64,000 bases of DNA from Guillardia theta CCMP2712 (Eukaryota > Protista > Cryptophyta), in contig NW_005434607.1 of assembly GCF_000315625.1 (NCBI RefSeq), positions 55,040 to 119,039 of the forward strand. Reading direction: 5' to 3'. The stretch's first letter is position 1, and each line of letters opens with the position of its first letter. Under the pieces are notes generated by a model. That model made no database searches. It saw only the letters and a list, made by a program, of their open reading frames with translations, and was not told where the DNA came from. Both the position numbers and the translations under genes were made by a program. Positions 1 to 15,000 of this stretch are shown one piece after another.

Positions 1-1
1 A

Positions 2-3000
2 TCCAGATGTCGGCCAGATCTTTTCGACCCGTACCCGTTGGTGATACACAAACCACGCCCCCTCTGTCTCCCTCGACCCTTCCCCGTACACTGACACTTG
101 CCCTGCCTCGCCGCGAGGAGACAGGCAGCTCACTTCCCACTCCGAAGTCACATTACACCTGGCCTGACGATCACCAAAGTTGATGTTCACCACCTCCTTT
201 GCATACCCATACCCCTCCACCCTGATCCAATCTCCTCCGTCCACGCCCCCGACTGAAGGCTCTATCCTCATCACCACAAACCCCGAAGTCCATTCGTACC
301 CAAACCCATGGGTGTCCCAGTCAACTCCATTCCTGCTGATCCCAACAGTCATGTTCCCCTGCCACGCTGACCTTGCACGCCCAGGCACCAACACTACCAC
401 CATGGTGGACGAGACATACTCGCTTACTTCTGCCCGCTGAGACCCGAGAGTGATCCCACACTCCCTGTCCAGATTCCTCCCGAGGATGGTGATCTTCTCC
501 TCTTGCCCCACCCTTGCTGCCGACGGCTTGATCTCATCGATCCGGGGTGGCTCGTAGTAAATGTAGCTTTGCTCTCCAACTATGTAATCAACGTCTCGTA
601 TCACAAGGCGAAGGCTCGTCCTCCCTCCTCCCTCAGACGACGCTGGCGCAACACACTCACAGACAGTACTCGATCGTACCTCTGCCCACACTCGCACTCT
701 TGCAAACGCACACAGCAACATCTCAGCCTCGAAGTCTTCTCCCTCGAGGAGCAAACGTGTCCCTCCCTGGCTGGGGCCTGACGTTGGATGTATGCTGGAC
801 ACAGAGGGTAAGCCCACGTATCGTACTACACACGCTGGGTTGATTTCCATGCTGTGTGCCGAGGGTCTCAGGCGATAGACTCCCTTGAGCTTGGGGGGGG
901 TCACGCATGTGGCCTGGTCCGAGTCTTGGACTTGACAAGACATCGCATGGTCGCCTACCAGCAACTCAAAGGTGACCCTGTGCATGAAGTGCCCCGACAG
1001 CGTGACCTCAGTGCCTCCAGTCTCGTAAACAGCCGATGGCCTGATAGCTTGTACCGATGCTTCGCCAAGGTAGGTGAAGTTGAAGCTGCTCTCGCAGTAC
1101 TTCACTCCTTGCATAGATAGCGATATCACCACCGAGCCTGCTGGATGCGGCGGCAGCTCGCAGGTCACGAGGCTTGACGAGAGCCACAAGCTCGTCGACT
1201 TTGCCGCCCCGAACCAGCACTCACGATCTTGTTCCTTCACAAACCCCTTTCCTGTCAGAATGACGCTTTCGTTCCTCCCGCTTGAGGAGCCCACGTCTGG
1301 CAACGCTGAAACTAGAGAGCACGCCTCCATGATCCGCACTTGACCGCTCGGATGCTCTGTGCACTCAGTATCTTCCATGCCTATGCCAATCGTCAGATCC
1401 TCCGGGACGGCTGTGGCAGGAATTGTGCACTCAATCTTGCTGTCAGACACAACCGACGAAGGCAAGACGGTCGTGCCCATACAGCAGAGAAACCCGTCTT
1501 GAAAGCCTGATCCCACAACCTCCAGCCTTGTAGGAACGGAGGTCACCCCTAGCGATGGCACTACATCTGTGATCTCAGGGGCTGCTATCACTTCCAGCAC
1601 GAGCTCTGATGTCATCGCGCCGCCATCTTGAGAGACATACAGCAGCTTTTCCCCTGGCGTCTGACTCGGCGACAGGCAAGCAAGCTTAGTCGAGGTCAGC
1701 CAGACTGCCAGTTGCGGATGCGCTTCATCATGTCGGAAGTCGCACCAGTATTCTGACTTATAGTCGAAGCCACGGCCAAACACCGTGATGCTGCCCGTCT
1801 GATGCGAGAAGAGCCTGCGAGGCTTCAAGTGCGAGACCGCGAAGCCTCGCAGAAACAAGAAGCTTGTCCCCGTGCTAAACCAGCTCCCTAACACCTGGAG
1901 ACTCAGAGTCGCGTTCCCGGCGTCGTGCCGTGGCGTCGTACAGCTAATCATGTTGGCAGCTATCCATCGCCCCCTGCTCGGCTCCGAGCCTTCTCCGAAC
2001 CTGCAACCCACCCCCGCGTCCGCTTCGAAGCCTCTCCCTATCAGCGTCACCGGGGTCTCCCCGCTCTCGGGTCCGCATGAGGGCTCGATCCGGTGCACCT
2101 CAGGCGCCTCGTAGAAGGATAACACCTTCTCGTCCTGCGTGAAGTCGACTCCGTTGAGCGACACCTCAACGTATACCTTCGGCTCCTCACGCGTTGCTGA
2201 GGCGATGCAATGCAGCAACGTCGAGGACGCAGTCCTTGCGGCGGTGACTTGAGTCCCCACTCGACACCACATGGAGTCCTCTCTGAAGTCTGTCCCGTAT
2301 ACTTGAATCTGCGTCTTTTGTTGGAGTTTGCAGAAGGAAGGTGTCAAATTCGTGATAGTGGGGGGTCTCACAAAAAGAAATTCTGCATTCCCAGAATGAA
2401 TTTCGTTTTCCATGCCAAGTATTTTGTCGATAGACATAGTTTGCTCTGTCGTTGTCATTGGTGTCAAACACTGTATTTGAGAGCTTGAAGGTCTTGATAT
2501 AAAATGGAATGGACGACAAGTAATTTTCTTTTTGATTATTGGATCGTAAGAAATAAGTATTTTGGTTCCTCCAGATATTGGACCAATAGTAGGATAAAAT
2601 CGAATCGAGCTGGTTATAATCTGGATGGCTGCGGTCAAAACACATCTTTCATCAGGATGTGAAATTCTAAACGAAAAATTACCCGCACGTTGCAAATAAA
2701 TGGTGCACTTCGCTGTAGTTGAGGAAATGATTTGAATGCCGGACCTTCGATTCTGAAACGAGCATAATGAATTGTTCAACATCTCCAAATTGCTGCCCCT
2801 CACAGTGATATCATGTTGGAGATCTTTGCTCCAGGAAATCACTGAAGGCATCACTTCCATGGACGGGAAAGAAGCAAATTTCAACAGGTGTCTATCACTC
2901 GTGCAGTCCTTCTCATTCAACCCGTACTCCACTGCTTGTACTGACGGGGAGACATAAGGAATGTGGCATACAAGCTTGGATGAGGTTACAAATCTTGTGG

Positions 3001-6000
3001 GTACAAATTTCTGTCCAACTTTGCACTTCCCCTGACTTTCAAAAGACGAACCAAAAATTGTTATCAAAGATGTATCATTGGTACAAACTTCGGAAGGAAA
3101 CAATGAAATTACTCGAGCAGCAAATTGAAGGAATTCAAATTTCAGTGTTTCCAACATGACCCGAGGATAGGAAGACGATTCATATACTTCCACCGTAACG
3201 AAACCTGCTGAGTGCTTTGGAGTAACACAGACAAACAACAATCGTGACTTTTTCTCACAGGACGATGCTGTGCGATCAAAGAGAACTTGCAAATTGTGTT
3301 GTTCAACATTCAAGACAACTGACACATAGTCTCCTCCTGCAGCTGATCCAGAACTTGGAACCAATTCGATATTACCACTTGAAATTGACAAAATACTGAA
3401 TTGTTGCGATGACCATTCAGTTTCAAATGCATCAGATACGAAGGATGGAGCACTGAAATATACTTGGAAGCTATGATTTCCTTCACGTAAAGAAAGCGAC
3501 ACACAAGTAAGTTTCGTGCTAGACGCCATGACAGTCATCATCATATGCTTTTCAGCTACGATGCATCTGTGTGATGACACATCAAAACTCTCTCCTATCA
3601 CTGTGACAATCGATGGTCGAAACGATCGAAGAACTTTCGGTGATATTTCCCAGACTCGTGGGGGTTTACGTACGATGATCTTGAGAGAATTCATGCTTGA
3701 TAGATGATCCATTCTTGCAGACACTTCAAATATTCCTTCAATCTCATTCGGAACTTGGCAGGTGATTGAATCAAAAGGAGCCGGGCTTGCCTCATATTGT
3801 TGAGATCGAACAATGCAAGAAATATTTTTGAATTTTGAAACAGATATGGAAAGCTTCAATAGCAAAAGAGTTGGTCGAAAAAGGAATCCAAAGGAAGGCT
3901 GGATAGACAAAATTCTGAAATCCTCACTCAAAAATTCAAAGTTCAACTTCGTTTGATACAGCTCGTTTTGGCCGTCAGTCACACGAAAGGAGTGATTACC
4001 CACAGTTCCTTCAGGAACGGTGCATTGAATGGAAGTAAAATTGATGTAGGCCGCTTTTGATCTGAATGATCCGAAAAGACATCTGTAGGTGGATTCCACC
4101 TGAAAATTATTGCCTAGGACCGTGACATAGGAACCACCCTGTTCGCTTCCATAAGAAGGAAAGATCGAGAGAACATAAGTATTCTGAAAAATCAGAACAT
4201 GTTCCATGAGGATTGACGGAAATTCCCTCCAAAACAGGTTGATTTTATTCTCCCCTACATTCAAAGAGACAAAAGTGCAACGAAGCATTGAAGAACTGAG
4301 AATAGAAGCCTCGTGATCCGCAATTTCACCCATTCGACATTTCAAGGTAAGGAACGGGGATGAAAGTCCAACACCAATCATGGTTATTGTGCTCACTTTG
4401 GTGTTTGTACGATTTGGAATGATTTGATCTATTCTCGGTCTTTGCACGAATGGAAACATGCCGCCGTTAGCAATATACTCTGATGAAGACGATTTGAGGC
4501 TGAACTTCACCTGCGAGGGAGCATCTAGAATCGGTGTATGACAAATGGCAAGTGATCGATTCACGACTGATGCACGTACGTTTTGGGATCCAAAGTAACA
4601 AGTTGTGGTCATATGCATGGAAAAGTTTTGTCCATGTACATATACACTGGTACTCTCATACAGAAATCCGACTGAAGGCTGGCATGTCACCAGTTCGACA
4701 GAGGGTACTTTCTGTGACATATTAGCTGTGACAAGGTTGAGTTTTGCTGAAGTTAATTCAAAGTCTATATTGTTGAAGCTCACATACATAGAAACATTGG
4801 AAATCAGTGGGACTGGCTCCAACGCGTACTGCACCTCGAAAGAGTTGTTTTGATTCTTCTGTGTGAGACGTTTCGATTGAACCTTTGCAAATTTCACCCG
4901 TACATCTGCATTCCAGTTAATGCTGCCAGTCACAGTCACAATACTTGCAGCATTTGCCAGGATCTGTGTAGGATTCACAAGAATATCTTGCGACGGCAGC
5001 CAGTGATGAAATATTTTTTCATCAGACATCAATTCATGAGCAACAAAGCTTATTCGAAACTCAGAAACAGCAACATTTGACTTTGGGGAAAGGCATTGCA
5101 AAGCAGTTGAAGACATGAATGTTCCAGCTGTAAAAATGGTGTGGGTCCCATTTCGAAACCTGAAAGTAAATGCACATTTCCAGTCATCTTGCACAAAATG
5201 GATGCCATAGATTTGAACTTTCGTGTTTCCTGTGCTCGGAGCATTATTCGGGAATATATCGAACAGTAAAGGCGTCGGAATCACATTCAAATGAGTTCTT
5301 GACAGTATACTGTCTCCCAAAAGCAACTCAAACTGCATTCTCTTAGGAGCCCCCCCTGGGAAAATACAGGAAACTGAAGTCGAATTCATCCACACAGTTC
5401 GCACACGATGACCATCAAAGTTGCAGGAGACATATGGAGAGAATTGAAAATCTACTTGGCCAGAGCATACAGCATACAATCTTGAGCCACCACAGCTATA
5501 TGCATATTCTGGAACAAGATTCCATTCATGTTGATCGGAGGTGTATAAGAATACAACTACTGATGTCTTGAGAGGTTGACTGTCTTGAACTAGAGTGAAT
5601 TGAACATAACCCAAGGCGTTCTTAGGTACCCAAGTGATAGCATGTGTCTTATTCACTCTATGAAGGTCTGCAATCGTCTCGCCAAATCTACACTTGACAG
5701 CAAAAGCATCTGGAAAGTATCCTAAGACAGTTATGGGATAACCACCCCGATGGCTCCCTGAAGTCGGGAATATACCTGCAAGAGAGAATCTGCTGTAATA
5801 TTCAAACCAAACGCCTCCATGCGATTGGGAAAATTTCGAAACAACGGAAACTTGCACCATGCCTTTAGCATGGGGCGGGGACAAACACGAACAAGACGTT
5901 GACGTCAAAAATCTGAAAGCAGCTCCCGCCTCATCGCCAAACCTGCAGAAAGATGACGAGACAATGAAGGTTCCTGTGATTGTCAGAACTGTTCCTCCAT

Positions 6001-9000
6001 CCAAAGGACCAGACGATGGAAAGGCACCAGAGATAAAAGTATCTTCAAATATTTCAATTTGCTTCGAATTTGTCATCACATTCGATGAGCGATCGAATGC
6101 AAATTGCAGCGAGACATTTGAAATACCAACTTGCCTTGCGAGAGGTACAAAGCATCGAGCAACACTTGAAGAAACCAACGCAAGATGAGTAAACTGCTGT
6201 CCAAACAAGCACTTCCATTGCTTGTAGGCGGGAGGAAAGATTCCTCTCAAGCTTATCAATTGACTGCCAAGCCTTGAAACTCTAGACGGAAACACTTCTA
6301 ATAGAGCTGGAGATTGAACAAACAAGAATTTGAAATCTAAATAAACAACGTGCGAATGCAGTAAAATCAAACTAAGAGTCGCGTTCCCGGCGTCGTGCCG
6401 TGGCGTCGTACAGCTAATCATGTTGGCAGCTATCCATCGCCCCCTGCTCGGCTCCGAGCCTTCTCCGAACCTGCAACCCACCCCCGCGTCCGCTTCGAAG
6501 CCTCTCCCTATCAGCGTCACCGGGGTCTCCCCGCTCTCGGGTCCGCATGAGGGCTCGATCCGGTGCACCTCAAGCGCCTCGTAGAAGGATAACACCTTCT
6601 CGTCCTGCGTGAAGTCGACTCCGTTGAGCGACACCTCAACGTATACCCTCGGCTCCTCACGCGTTGCTGAGGCGATGCAATGCAGCAACGTCGAGGACGC
6701 AGTCCTTGCGGCGGTGACTTGAGTCCCCACTCGACACCACATGGAGTCCTCTCTGAAGTTGACTCCTTCTACCTCCACAATCGTGTTGTCTACTCGTGGC
6801 ACTTGCAAAGGATGGATACCAGAAATGCTCGGAGGCATCGCAAACTCAAAGATCAGGTCAAGGCTGTCCCTTTCCTCCCGCTCTTGTCCTATTCCAAACT
6901 TGACGGCTCCTGGATATTCGACTGCTCGTGTTATGCAATAAGCCTTGTCGCTCTCAACTACTTCTGCTTCGACCGCTAGCTGCCCAAACCAGCATAAAGC
7001 ACCTCTCTGTGGCAAGTCGCTTGCCGACACCTCAACCCGAGTACCACCTCCCAATGGACCAATGGTAGGAGTGATCAAGATTGCCCTCGATCTTGGAACA
7101 GCCTCAAACACGACATCTCCAACACACTCATCAAGCCCAAACATCGAGACGCTCAGCGTTGTCGGACCTTCATGGCGTTGGGGAATCGAGCACTTCACCA
7201 GACTGGATGACAGCCACTGTCCGGGTTGAGATTGAGATGACGAGGCGTTCAAACGGCAGACAAGGTCCTCCACCGACAAGAAATGAGACCCGATCACTGT
7301 AATGGATGAGTGAAGTACCCCATTCACATATCCAGAAACCGTCGGGGCTGCTTCGTATGAAATGAGTATCTTGTTTGAGAAGCCATCTACTGCAGGTGTG
7401 TATATTGATAGCTCATACTTCCCCTGGGGCTGTGGAGAAAGATTGCATGTCACCATCGATCTGGAGTCTCCCATGACTGCAGTGCTGTCTCCGCCGACCT
7501 CGCAGAGGCTTAGTCCAGGCAAGAAATTCTGACCGTATATCGTCACCACTCCTCCTTTGTTGGATAAAGCTCGCCGAGGTATCACGTTGGATATTTCTGG
7601 GACTCCAGCGTCAACAAAAGAGAACGAGCTCGTTACAAGTGATCGCTTGTTTCCTATCAGCAGCTCGAGATGGACCTCCCCTGCATCATGCGGGGGAGCT
7701 GTGCACCTGACCTGAGTGGACGAGATGAGCGACGACTTGACTCTGAGCTGATCAAACACGCATTCGATTGAAGCATGCGGAGGGAATACCCCGCTGACGT
7801 AGACCGCTGTGCCGCCACTCACGTCTGCCATGGACGGCTGTGCGGTCATCACAGATTCACGAGAGTGAAACATGATCGTGTATGGCATGCTCTTGTGACT
7901 CGAATCCTCTGACTCCAAGGTCAACGACATGTTGCCCACGGCCTTTGTTGGTCGCTCACACACAACTGCCGAGGCCGAAAGCGGCGTCAACCTTGATCGT
8001 AGATGCTGATACCCAAACCGGCAGTACTGTAGCAAAGAACCGCTGAACCCCTCGCCAATCAACGTGATGAGATCTGTGGCACTATCGCTTTGTGTCGGCT
8101 GGACGTTCTTGATGTGTGGGACCTGCTTCAGCAGATACTGCACACTCTCTCCCTGCACCTTGTCATCCATGCTTCTGATTGTCACTTGGACACCGTCAGC
8201 TTGTAATGCCGGGACGACGCAGGTCAAAGATGTAGACGTCAAGACTTGAGCTGGTTCGCTCGAAGGTGTCTGATCGAACCAGCACGCAAGCCCGGCTTCC
8301 GCGAGGAAGTGAGAGCCCAATATCGTCACCATGGACTTCAATGCAGTGGGCCCTTCAGAAGGAAGCACAGCAGACACCTTCATAGGCTCATACACCAAGA
8401 ATCCCAGGCCTTGGCTGTGGTGGTTACCGATGTGTACCGAAATGCTCACCAGACCTTGCAAGACTGGTGGAAGGTAGCATTGCACAACGTCAGACTGAGT
8501 GAATGATCCAGGCGTCATGATGCCATTCATCTCACAGGCAGCACTCCCACCGAACGACCACCCTTGGTCGTCGAGAAGGACGTTTATCTCAACTCCACCT
8601 GCGGAAGGTCCTACGGAGGGGAAAATATTTTTTATCAAATGCATGTTTTCGTTCAGGAAGAATGGCCTGGAGAATATTTTTCCATCATTTGAAAGTGTTA
8701 CAGAGCTGTTTCTTGCAAGGATGTTTGTATGGGTCGAAATTGATAACAATATTGGAGATTTTTGATGTATCTCATCCTTGCCGAAGATGTGGGATCCAAC
8801 TTTGCATTTCGAAAGATTTGTTATTAGAAAATTGGATCCCGAAATTTCTAAGAGAACTTTTCCTGGGGTACTGATGTAGTCGACTGCTACTTGATCTATG
8901 CTGGGGATTGGTTCCATGAATGTCACATTCTCTCCGCTGCAGACAGAATCATTGCTGAATATTTCAAAATGGTTTATCTCAATTAACGATGGACTTCCAC

Positions 9001-12000
9001 ATGTTATACTAGTACTTGATATCATCATCGCCAGAAGACTGTAGGACGAATTAAATTTGCAATGATACGTCTGCCCAACAAGGAACTTTCCCAAAACCAG
9101 GATGTTTTCTTCATTCAAAAGAAATATTCTGTCAAACCTGCAAACAAATCTGTGAATCAATAATTCATTCTTTGACACTCTGATTCCTGAAAAGAACAAA
9201 GATAGCGTATGTGAACCTTCATCAAGAAATGGTAATCTACATCCTTGCAATTCAAACCCACACTGCTCAAGAGGTGACGAATAAGCTCCAATTTTACATG
9301 AGAGCGACGATGTCTGAGCAATTTGCGGCAGATCCTTTGCAATGATGGTGACCAAAAAAGAGTTGGTATCATGATACCATATTTGAGGAGATACAGATGT
9401 CAATAGTATTTGATCTATGACTGAAATCTGAGCTGTATAAACTGGCGAGAACGAATCATCAAGAATCGTGATCGACAAGTTCCCAGTGATTGTACGGTGT
9501 ATAGGAAAATGTCCAGAATCATCACTCAGGACAACAAGTTTTTCTTCGGGCGCTAATCCAGCTTTGATGTAAAGATTCTTCAGCGACAAACCAGATCCAA
9601 AAACGCTGATGCTGGAAGAGATATCCTTCAAGACTATCAAGGGTTTGATGAAGTCAATATGAGGTCGCTCAAAGAATTCGAAAACAAGATCCTCCGACAA
9701 TGCTTTCTTTTGAGACTGAAAAAAGAAACCAAAGTAGCAAACAGCAGGCGTATGACTCGGTGATCTGCACATGAAAACCTTTCTGTCCCTACTAAGAACT
9801 GCCTTGACAGATACATTGCAAAATTTGCAAAACCCATCCATTCCTGCAATCAATCCTGATTGTAAAAAGACCATCACAGTATCTCCACCTTCCAGTGAAC
9901 CAGATGTCGGCCAGATCTTTTCGACCCGTACCCGTTGGTGATACACAAACCACGCCCCCTCTGTCTCCCTCGACCCTTCCCCGTACACTGACACTTGCCC
10001 TGCCTCGCCGCGAGGAGACAGGCAGCTCACTTCCCACTCCGAAGTCACATTACACCTGGCCTGACGATCACCAAAGTTGATGTTCACCACCTCCTTTGCA
10101 TACCCATACCCCTCCACCCTGATCCAATCTCCTCCGTCCACGCCCCCGACTGAAGGCTCTATCCTCATCACCACAAAGCCCGAAGTCCATTCGTACCCAA
10201 ACCCATGGGTGTCCCAGTCAACTCCATTCCTGCTGATCCCAACAGTCATGTTCCCCTGCCACGCTGACCTTGCACGCCCAGGCACCAACACTACCACCAT
10301 GGTGGACGAGACATACTCGCTTACTTCTGCCCGCTGAGACCCGAGAGTGATCCCACACTCCCTGTCCAGATTCCTCCCGAGGATGGTGATCTTCTCCTCT
10401 TGCCCCACCCTTGCTGCCGACGGCTTGATCTCATCGATCCGGGGTGGCTCGTAGTAAATGTAGCTTTGCTCTCCAACTATGTAATCAACGTCTCGTATCA
10501 CAAGGCGAAGGCTCGTCCTCCCTCCTCCCTCAGACGACGCTGGCGCAACACACTCACAGACAGTACTCGATCGTACCTCTGCCCACACTCGCACTCTTGC
10601 AAACGCACACAGCAACATCTCAGCCTCGAAGTCTTCTCCCTCGAGGAGCAAACGTGTCCCTCCCTGGCTGGGGCCTGACGTTGGATGTATGCTGGACACA
10701 GAGGGTAAGCCCACGTATCGTACTACACACGCTGGGTTGATTTCCATGCTGTGTGCCGAGGGTCTCAGGCGATAGACTCCCTTGAGCTTGGGGGGGGTCA
10801 CGCATGTGGCCTGGTCCGAGTCTTGGACTTGACAAGACATCGCATGGTCGCCTACCAGCAACTCAAAGGTGACCCTGTGCATGAAGTGCCCCGACAGCGT
10901 GACCTCAGTGCCTCCAGTCTCGTAAACAGCCGATGGCCTGATAGCTTGTACCGATGCTTCGCCAAGGTAGGTGAAGTTGAAGCTGCTCTCGCAGTACTTC
11001 ACTCCTTGCATAGATAGCGATATCACCACTGAGCCTGCTGGATGCGGCGGCAGCTCGCAGGTCACGAGGCTTGACGAGAGCCACAAGCTCGTCGACTTCG
11101 CCGCCCCGAACCAGCACTCACGATCTTGTTCCTTCACAAACCCCTTTCCTGTCAGAATGACGCTTTCGTTCCTCCCGCTTGAGGAGCCCACGTCTGGCAA
11201 CGCTGAAACTAGAGAGCACGCCTCCATGATCCGCACTTGACCGCTCGGATGCTCTGTGCACTCAGTATCTTCCATGCCTATGCCAATCGTCAGATCCTCC
11301 GGGACGGCTGTGGCAGGAATTGTGCACTCAATCTTGCTGTCAGACACAACCGACGAAGGCAAGACGGTCGTGCCCATACAGCAGAGAAACCCGTCTTGAA
11401 AGCCTGATCCCACAACCTCCAGCCTTGTAGGAACGGAGGTCACCCCTAGCGATGGCACTACATCTGTGATCTCAGGGGCTGCTATCACTTCCAGCACGAG
11501 CTCTGATGTCATCGCGCCGCCATCTTGAGAGACATACAGCAGCTTTTCCCCTGGCGTCTGACTCGGCGACAGGCAAGCAAGCTTAGTCGAGGTCAGCCAG
11601 ACTGCCAGTTGCGGATGCGCTTCATCATGTCGGAAGTCGCACCAGTATTCTGACTTATAGTCGAAGCCACGGCCAAACACCGTGATGCTGCCCGTCTGAT
11701 GCGAGAAGAGCCTGCGAGGCTTCAAGTGCGAGACCGCGAAGCCTCGCAGAAACAAGAAGCTTGTCCCCGTGCTAAACCAGCTCCCTAACACCTGGAGACT
11801 CAGAGTCGCGTTCCCGGCGTCGTGCCGTGGCGTCGTACAGCTAATCATGTTGGCAGCTATCCATCGCCCCCTGCTCGGCTCCGAGCCTTCTCCGAACCTG
11901 CAACCCACCCCCGCGTCCGCTTCGAAGCCTCTCCCTATCAGCGTCACCGGGGTCTCCCCGCTCTCGGGTCCGCATGAGGGCTCGATCCGGTGCACCTCAG

Positions 12001-15000
12001 GCGCCTCGTAGAAGGATAACACCTTCTCGTCCTGCGTGAAGTCGACTCCGTTGAGCGACACCTCAACGTATACCCTCGGCTCCTCACGCGTTGCTGAGGC
12101 GATGCAATGCAGCAACGTCGAGGACGCAGTCCTTGCGGCGGTGACTTGGGTCCCCACTCGACACCACATGGAGTCCTCTCTGAAGTTGACTCCTTCTACC
12201 TCCACAATCGTGTTGTCTACTCGTGGCACTTGCAAAGGATGGATACCAGAAATGCTCGGAGGCATCGCAAACTCAAAGATCAGGTCAAGGCTGTCCCTTT
12301 CCTCCCGCTCTTGTCCTATTCCGAACTTGACGGCTCCTGGATATTCGACTGCTCGTGTTATGCAATAAGCCTTGTCGCTCTCAACTACTTCTGCTTCGAC
12401 CGCTAGCTGCCCAAACCAGCATAAAGCACCTCTCTGTGGAAAGTCGCTTGCCGACACCTCAACCCGAGTACCACCTCCCAATGGACCAATGGTAGGAGTG
12501 ATCAAGATTGCCCTCGATCTTGGAACAGCCTCAAACACGACATCTCCAACACACTCATCAAGCCCAGACATCGAGACGCTCAGCGTTGTCGGACCTTCAT
12601 GGCGTTGGGGAATCGAGCACTTCACCAGACTGGATGACAGCCACTGTCCGGGTTGAGATTGAGATGACGAGGCGTTCAAACGGCAGACAAGGTCCTCCAC
12701 CGACAAGAAATGAGACCCGATCACTGTAATGGATGAGTGAAGTACCCCATTCACATATCCAGAAACCGTCGGGGCTGCTTCGTATGAAATGAGTATCTTG
12801 TTTGAGAAGCCATCTACTGCAGGTGTGTATATTGATAGCTCATACTTCCCCTGGGGCTGTGGAGAAAGATTGCATGTCACCATCGATCTGGAGTCTCCCA
12901 TGACTGCAGTGCTGTCTCCGCCGACCTCGCAGAGGCTTAGTCCAGGCAAGAAATTCTGACCGTATATCGTCACCACTCCTCCTTTGTTGGATAAAGCTCG
13001 CCGAGGTATCACGTTGGATATTTCTGGGACTCCAGCGTCAACAAAAGAGAACGAGCTCGTTACAAGTGATCGCTTGTTTCCTATCAGCAGCTCGAGATGG
13101 ACCTCCCCTGCATCATGCGGGGGAGCTGTGCACCTGACCTGAGTGGACGAGATGAGCGACGACTTGACTCTGAGCTGATCAAACACGCATTCGATTGAAG
13201 CATGCGGAGGGAATACCCCGCTGACGTAGACCGCTGTGCCGCCACTCACGTCTGCCATGGACGGCTGTGCGGTCATCACAGATTCACGAGAGTGAAACAT
13301 GATCGTGTATGGCATGCTCTTGTGACTCGAATCCTCTGACTCCAAGGTCAACGACATGTTGCCCACGGCCTTCGTTGGTCGCTCACACACAACTGCCGAG
13401 GCCGAAAGCGGCGTCAACCTTGATCGTAGATGCTGATACCCAAACCGGCAGTACTGTAGCAAAGAACCGCTGAACCCCTCGCCAATCAACGTGATGAGAT
13501 CTGTGGCACTATCGCTTTGTGTCGGCTGGACGTTCTTGATGTGTGGGACCTGCTTCAGCAGATACTGCACACTCTCTCCCTGCACCTTGTCATCCATGCT
13601 TCTGATTGTCACTTGGACGCCGTCAGCTTGTAATGCCGGGACGACGCAGGTCAAAGATGTAGACGTCAAGACTTGAGCTGGTTCGCTCGAAGGTGTCTGA
13701 TCGAACCAGCACGCAAGCCCGGCTTCCGCGAGGAAGTGAGAGCCCAATATCGTCACCATGGACTTCAATGCAGTGGGCCCTTCAGAAGGAAGCACAGCAG
13801 ACACCTTCATAGGCTCATACACCAAGAATCCCAGGCCTTGGCTGTGGTGGTTACCGATGTGTACCGAAATGCTCACCAGACCTTGCAAGACTGGTGGAAG
13901 GTAGCATTGCACAACGTCAGACTGAGTGAATGATCCAGGCGTCATGATGCCATTCATCTCACAGGCAGCACTCCCACGGAACGACCACCCTTGGTCGTCG
14001 AGAAGGACGTTAATCTCAACGCCACCTGCGGAAGGTCCTACGGAGGGAATTACTTCTCGAGCTTGAAGATCCAGTGCCAACGGAAGTGAAATGAGGAGTT
14101 CAGATAGGATCTCTTGTTGAATAGAAATCGCGAATGTCTGATTTTCGGATTTCAAATTTGGTGGCAAAGGACATTTAACTGCATCTAGCGAACACTCGCA
14201 AGAATCTATTTTGTTTCGTCCAAGGTGAAACTCATAAGAGTTTTGGCATGATATGTTTGCAACCTTCACTTTGAACCATTCCGCAGCTCTGTCATAGCTT
14301 TGAAGATACAGAAGAATGGGAGTTTCATACACTTCAATTTCAAAATTACCAAAGTACGTCTGATTGTCTAAGAAAATCGTGCACCTGGTGTTACCAATTT
14401 CAAGCAGAGGGACTCTGCATACCACGTGTTGAGGTGGTTGGTAGTGTCCTCTAGTCTGTTCAGATTCCCAATGACAAGTGACATTCCCCAATAATTCATC
14501 ATACCACAAAGAATCTGATCTATTTATCTTGATCCTTACAACTTTCCCATCCATTCGTGGTAAGGCTCTTGGGTACGCATCAAGGGATAGCCCTTCACGG
14601 CTCTTTTCAAATCGTAACTCGATACCTGTCGGCAAGGTCTGATTCCCACAAACCAAAGTCAATGGGTATATTCCTGCTGAAACCCTTTCAAGTGTGCATG
14701 TCATCTTTTCTCTGCTCAGTACAACAGCGGGAAACGGCCTCGAAGAAATCAAACAGTACATACAATCCAAAACAAAATTTTCACCTTTGACAGTCAGCAC
14801 TGTTCTTTCATCTGAATGCAAAAAAGCAGGTTCAATCGTAAGAAACTTAATGTATTTGTTCAGCTGGACACTTGTATTGGCCAGTTGTAAGCTTTGCCCA
14901 GAAATGTCAATCAAGGAAATCGTAAAGTTTCCTTCCAAATGAGGAGGCCTCTCACAAACGATTATTTCATTGTCTACCAACGTTGCTGTTGCCTCAACAG

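Noticed and set aside
9792-10037. ORF MGSELPVSSRRG... as a separate exon ending the giant frame
   Set aside because: It is in a different frame. The 1-mod-3 frame reads through as IPT sequence (EVSCLSPRGEAGQVSVYG...KIWPTSGSLEGGDTVMVFL).
3-14047. Blocks A and B as transposons or LTRs
   Set aside because: No terminal inverted repeats, target-site duplications, or transposase/RT coding were seen. The blocks encode IPT domains in frame with their flanks.
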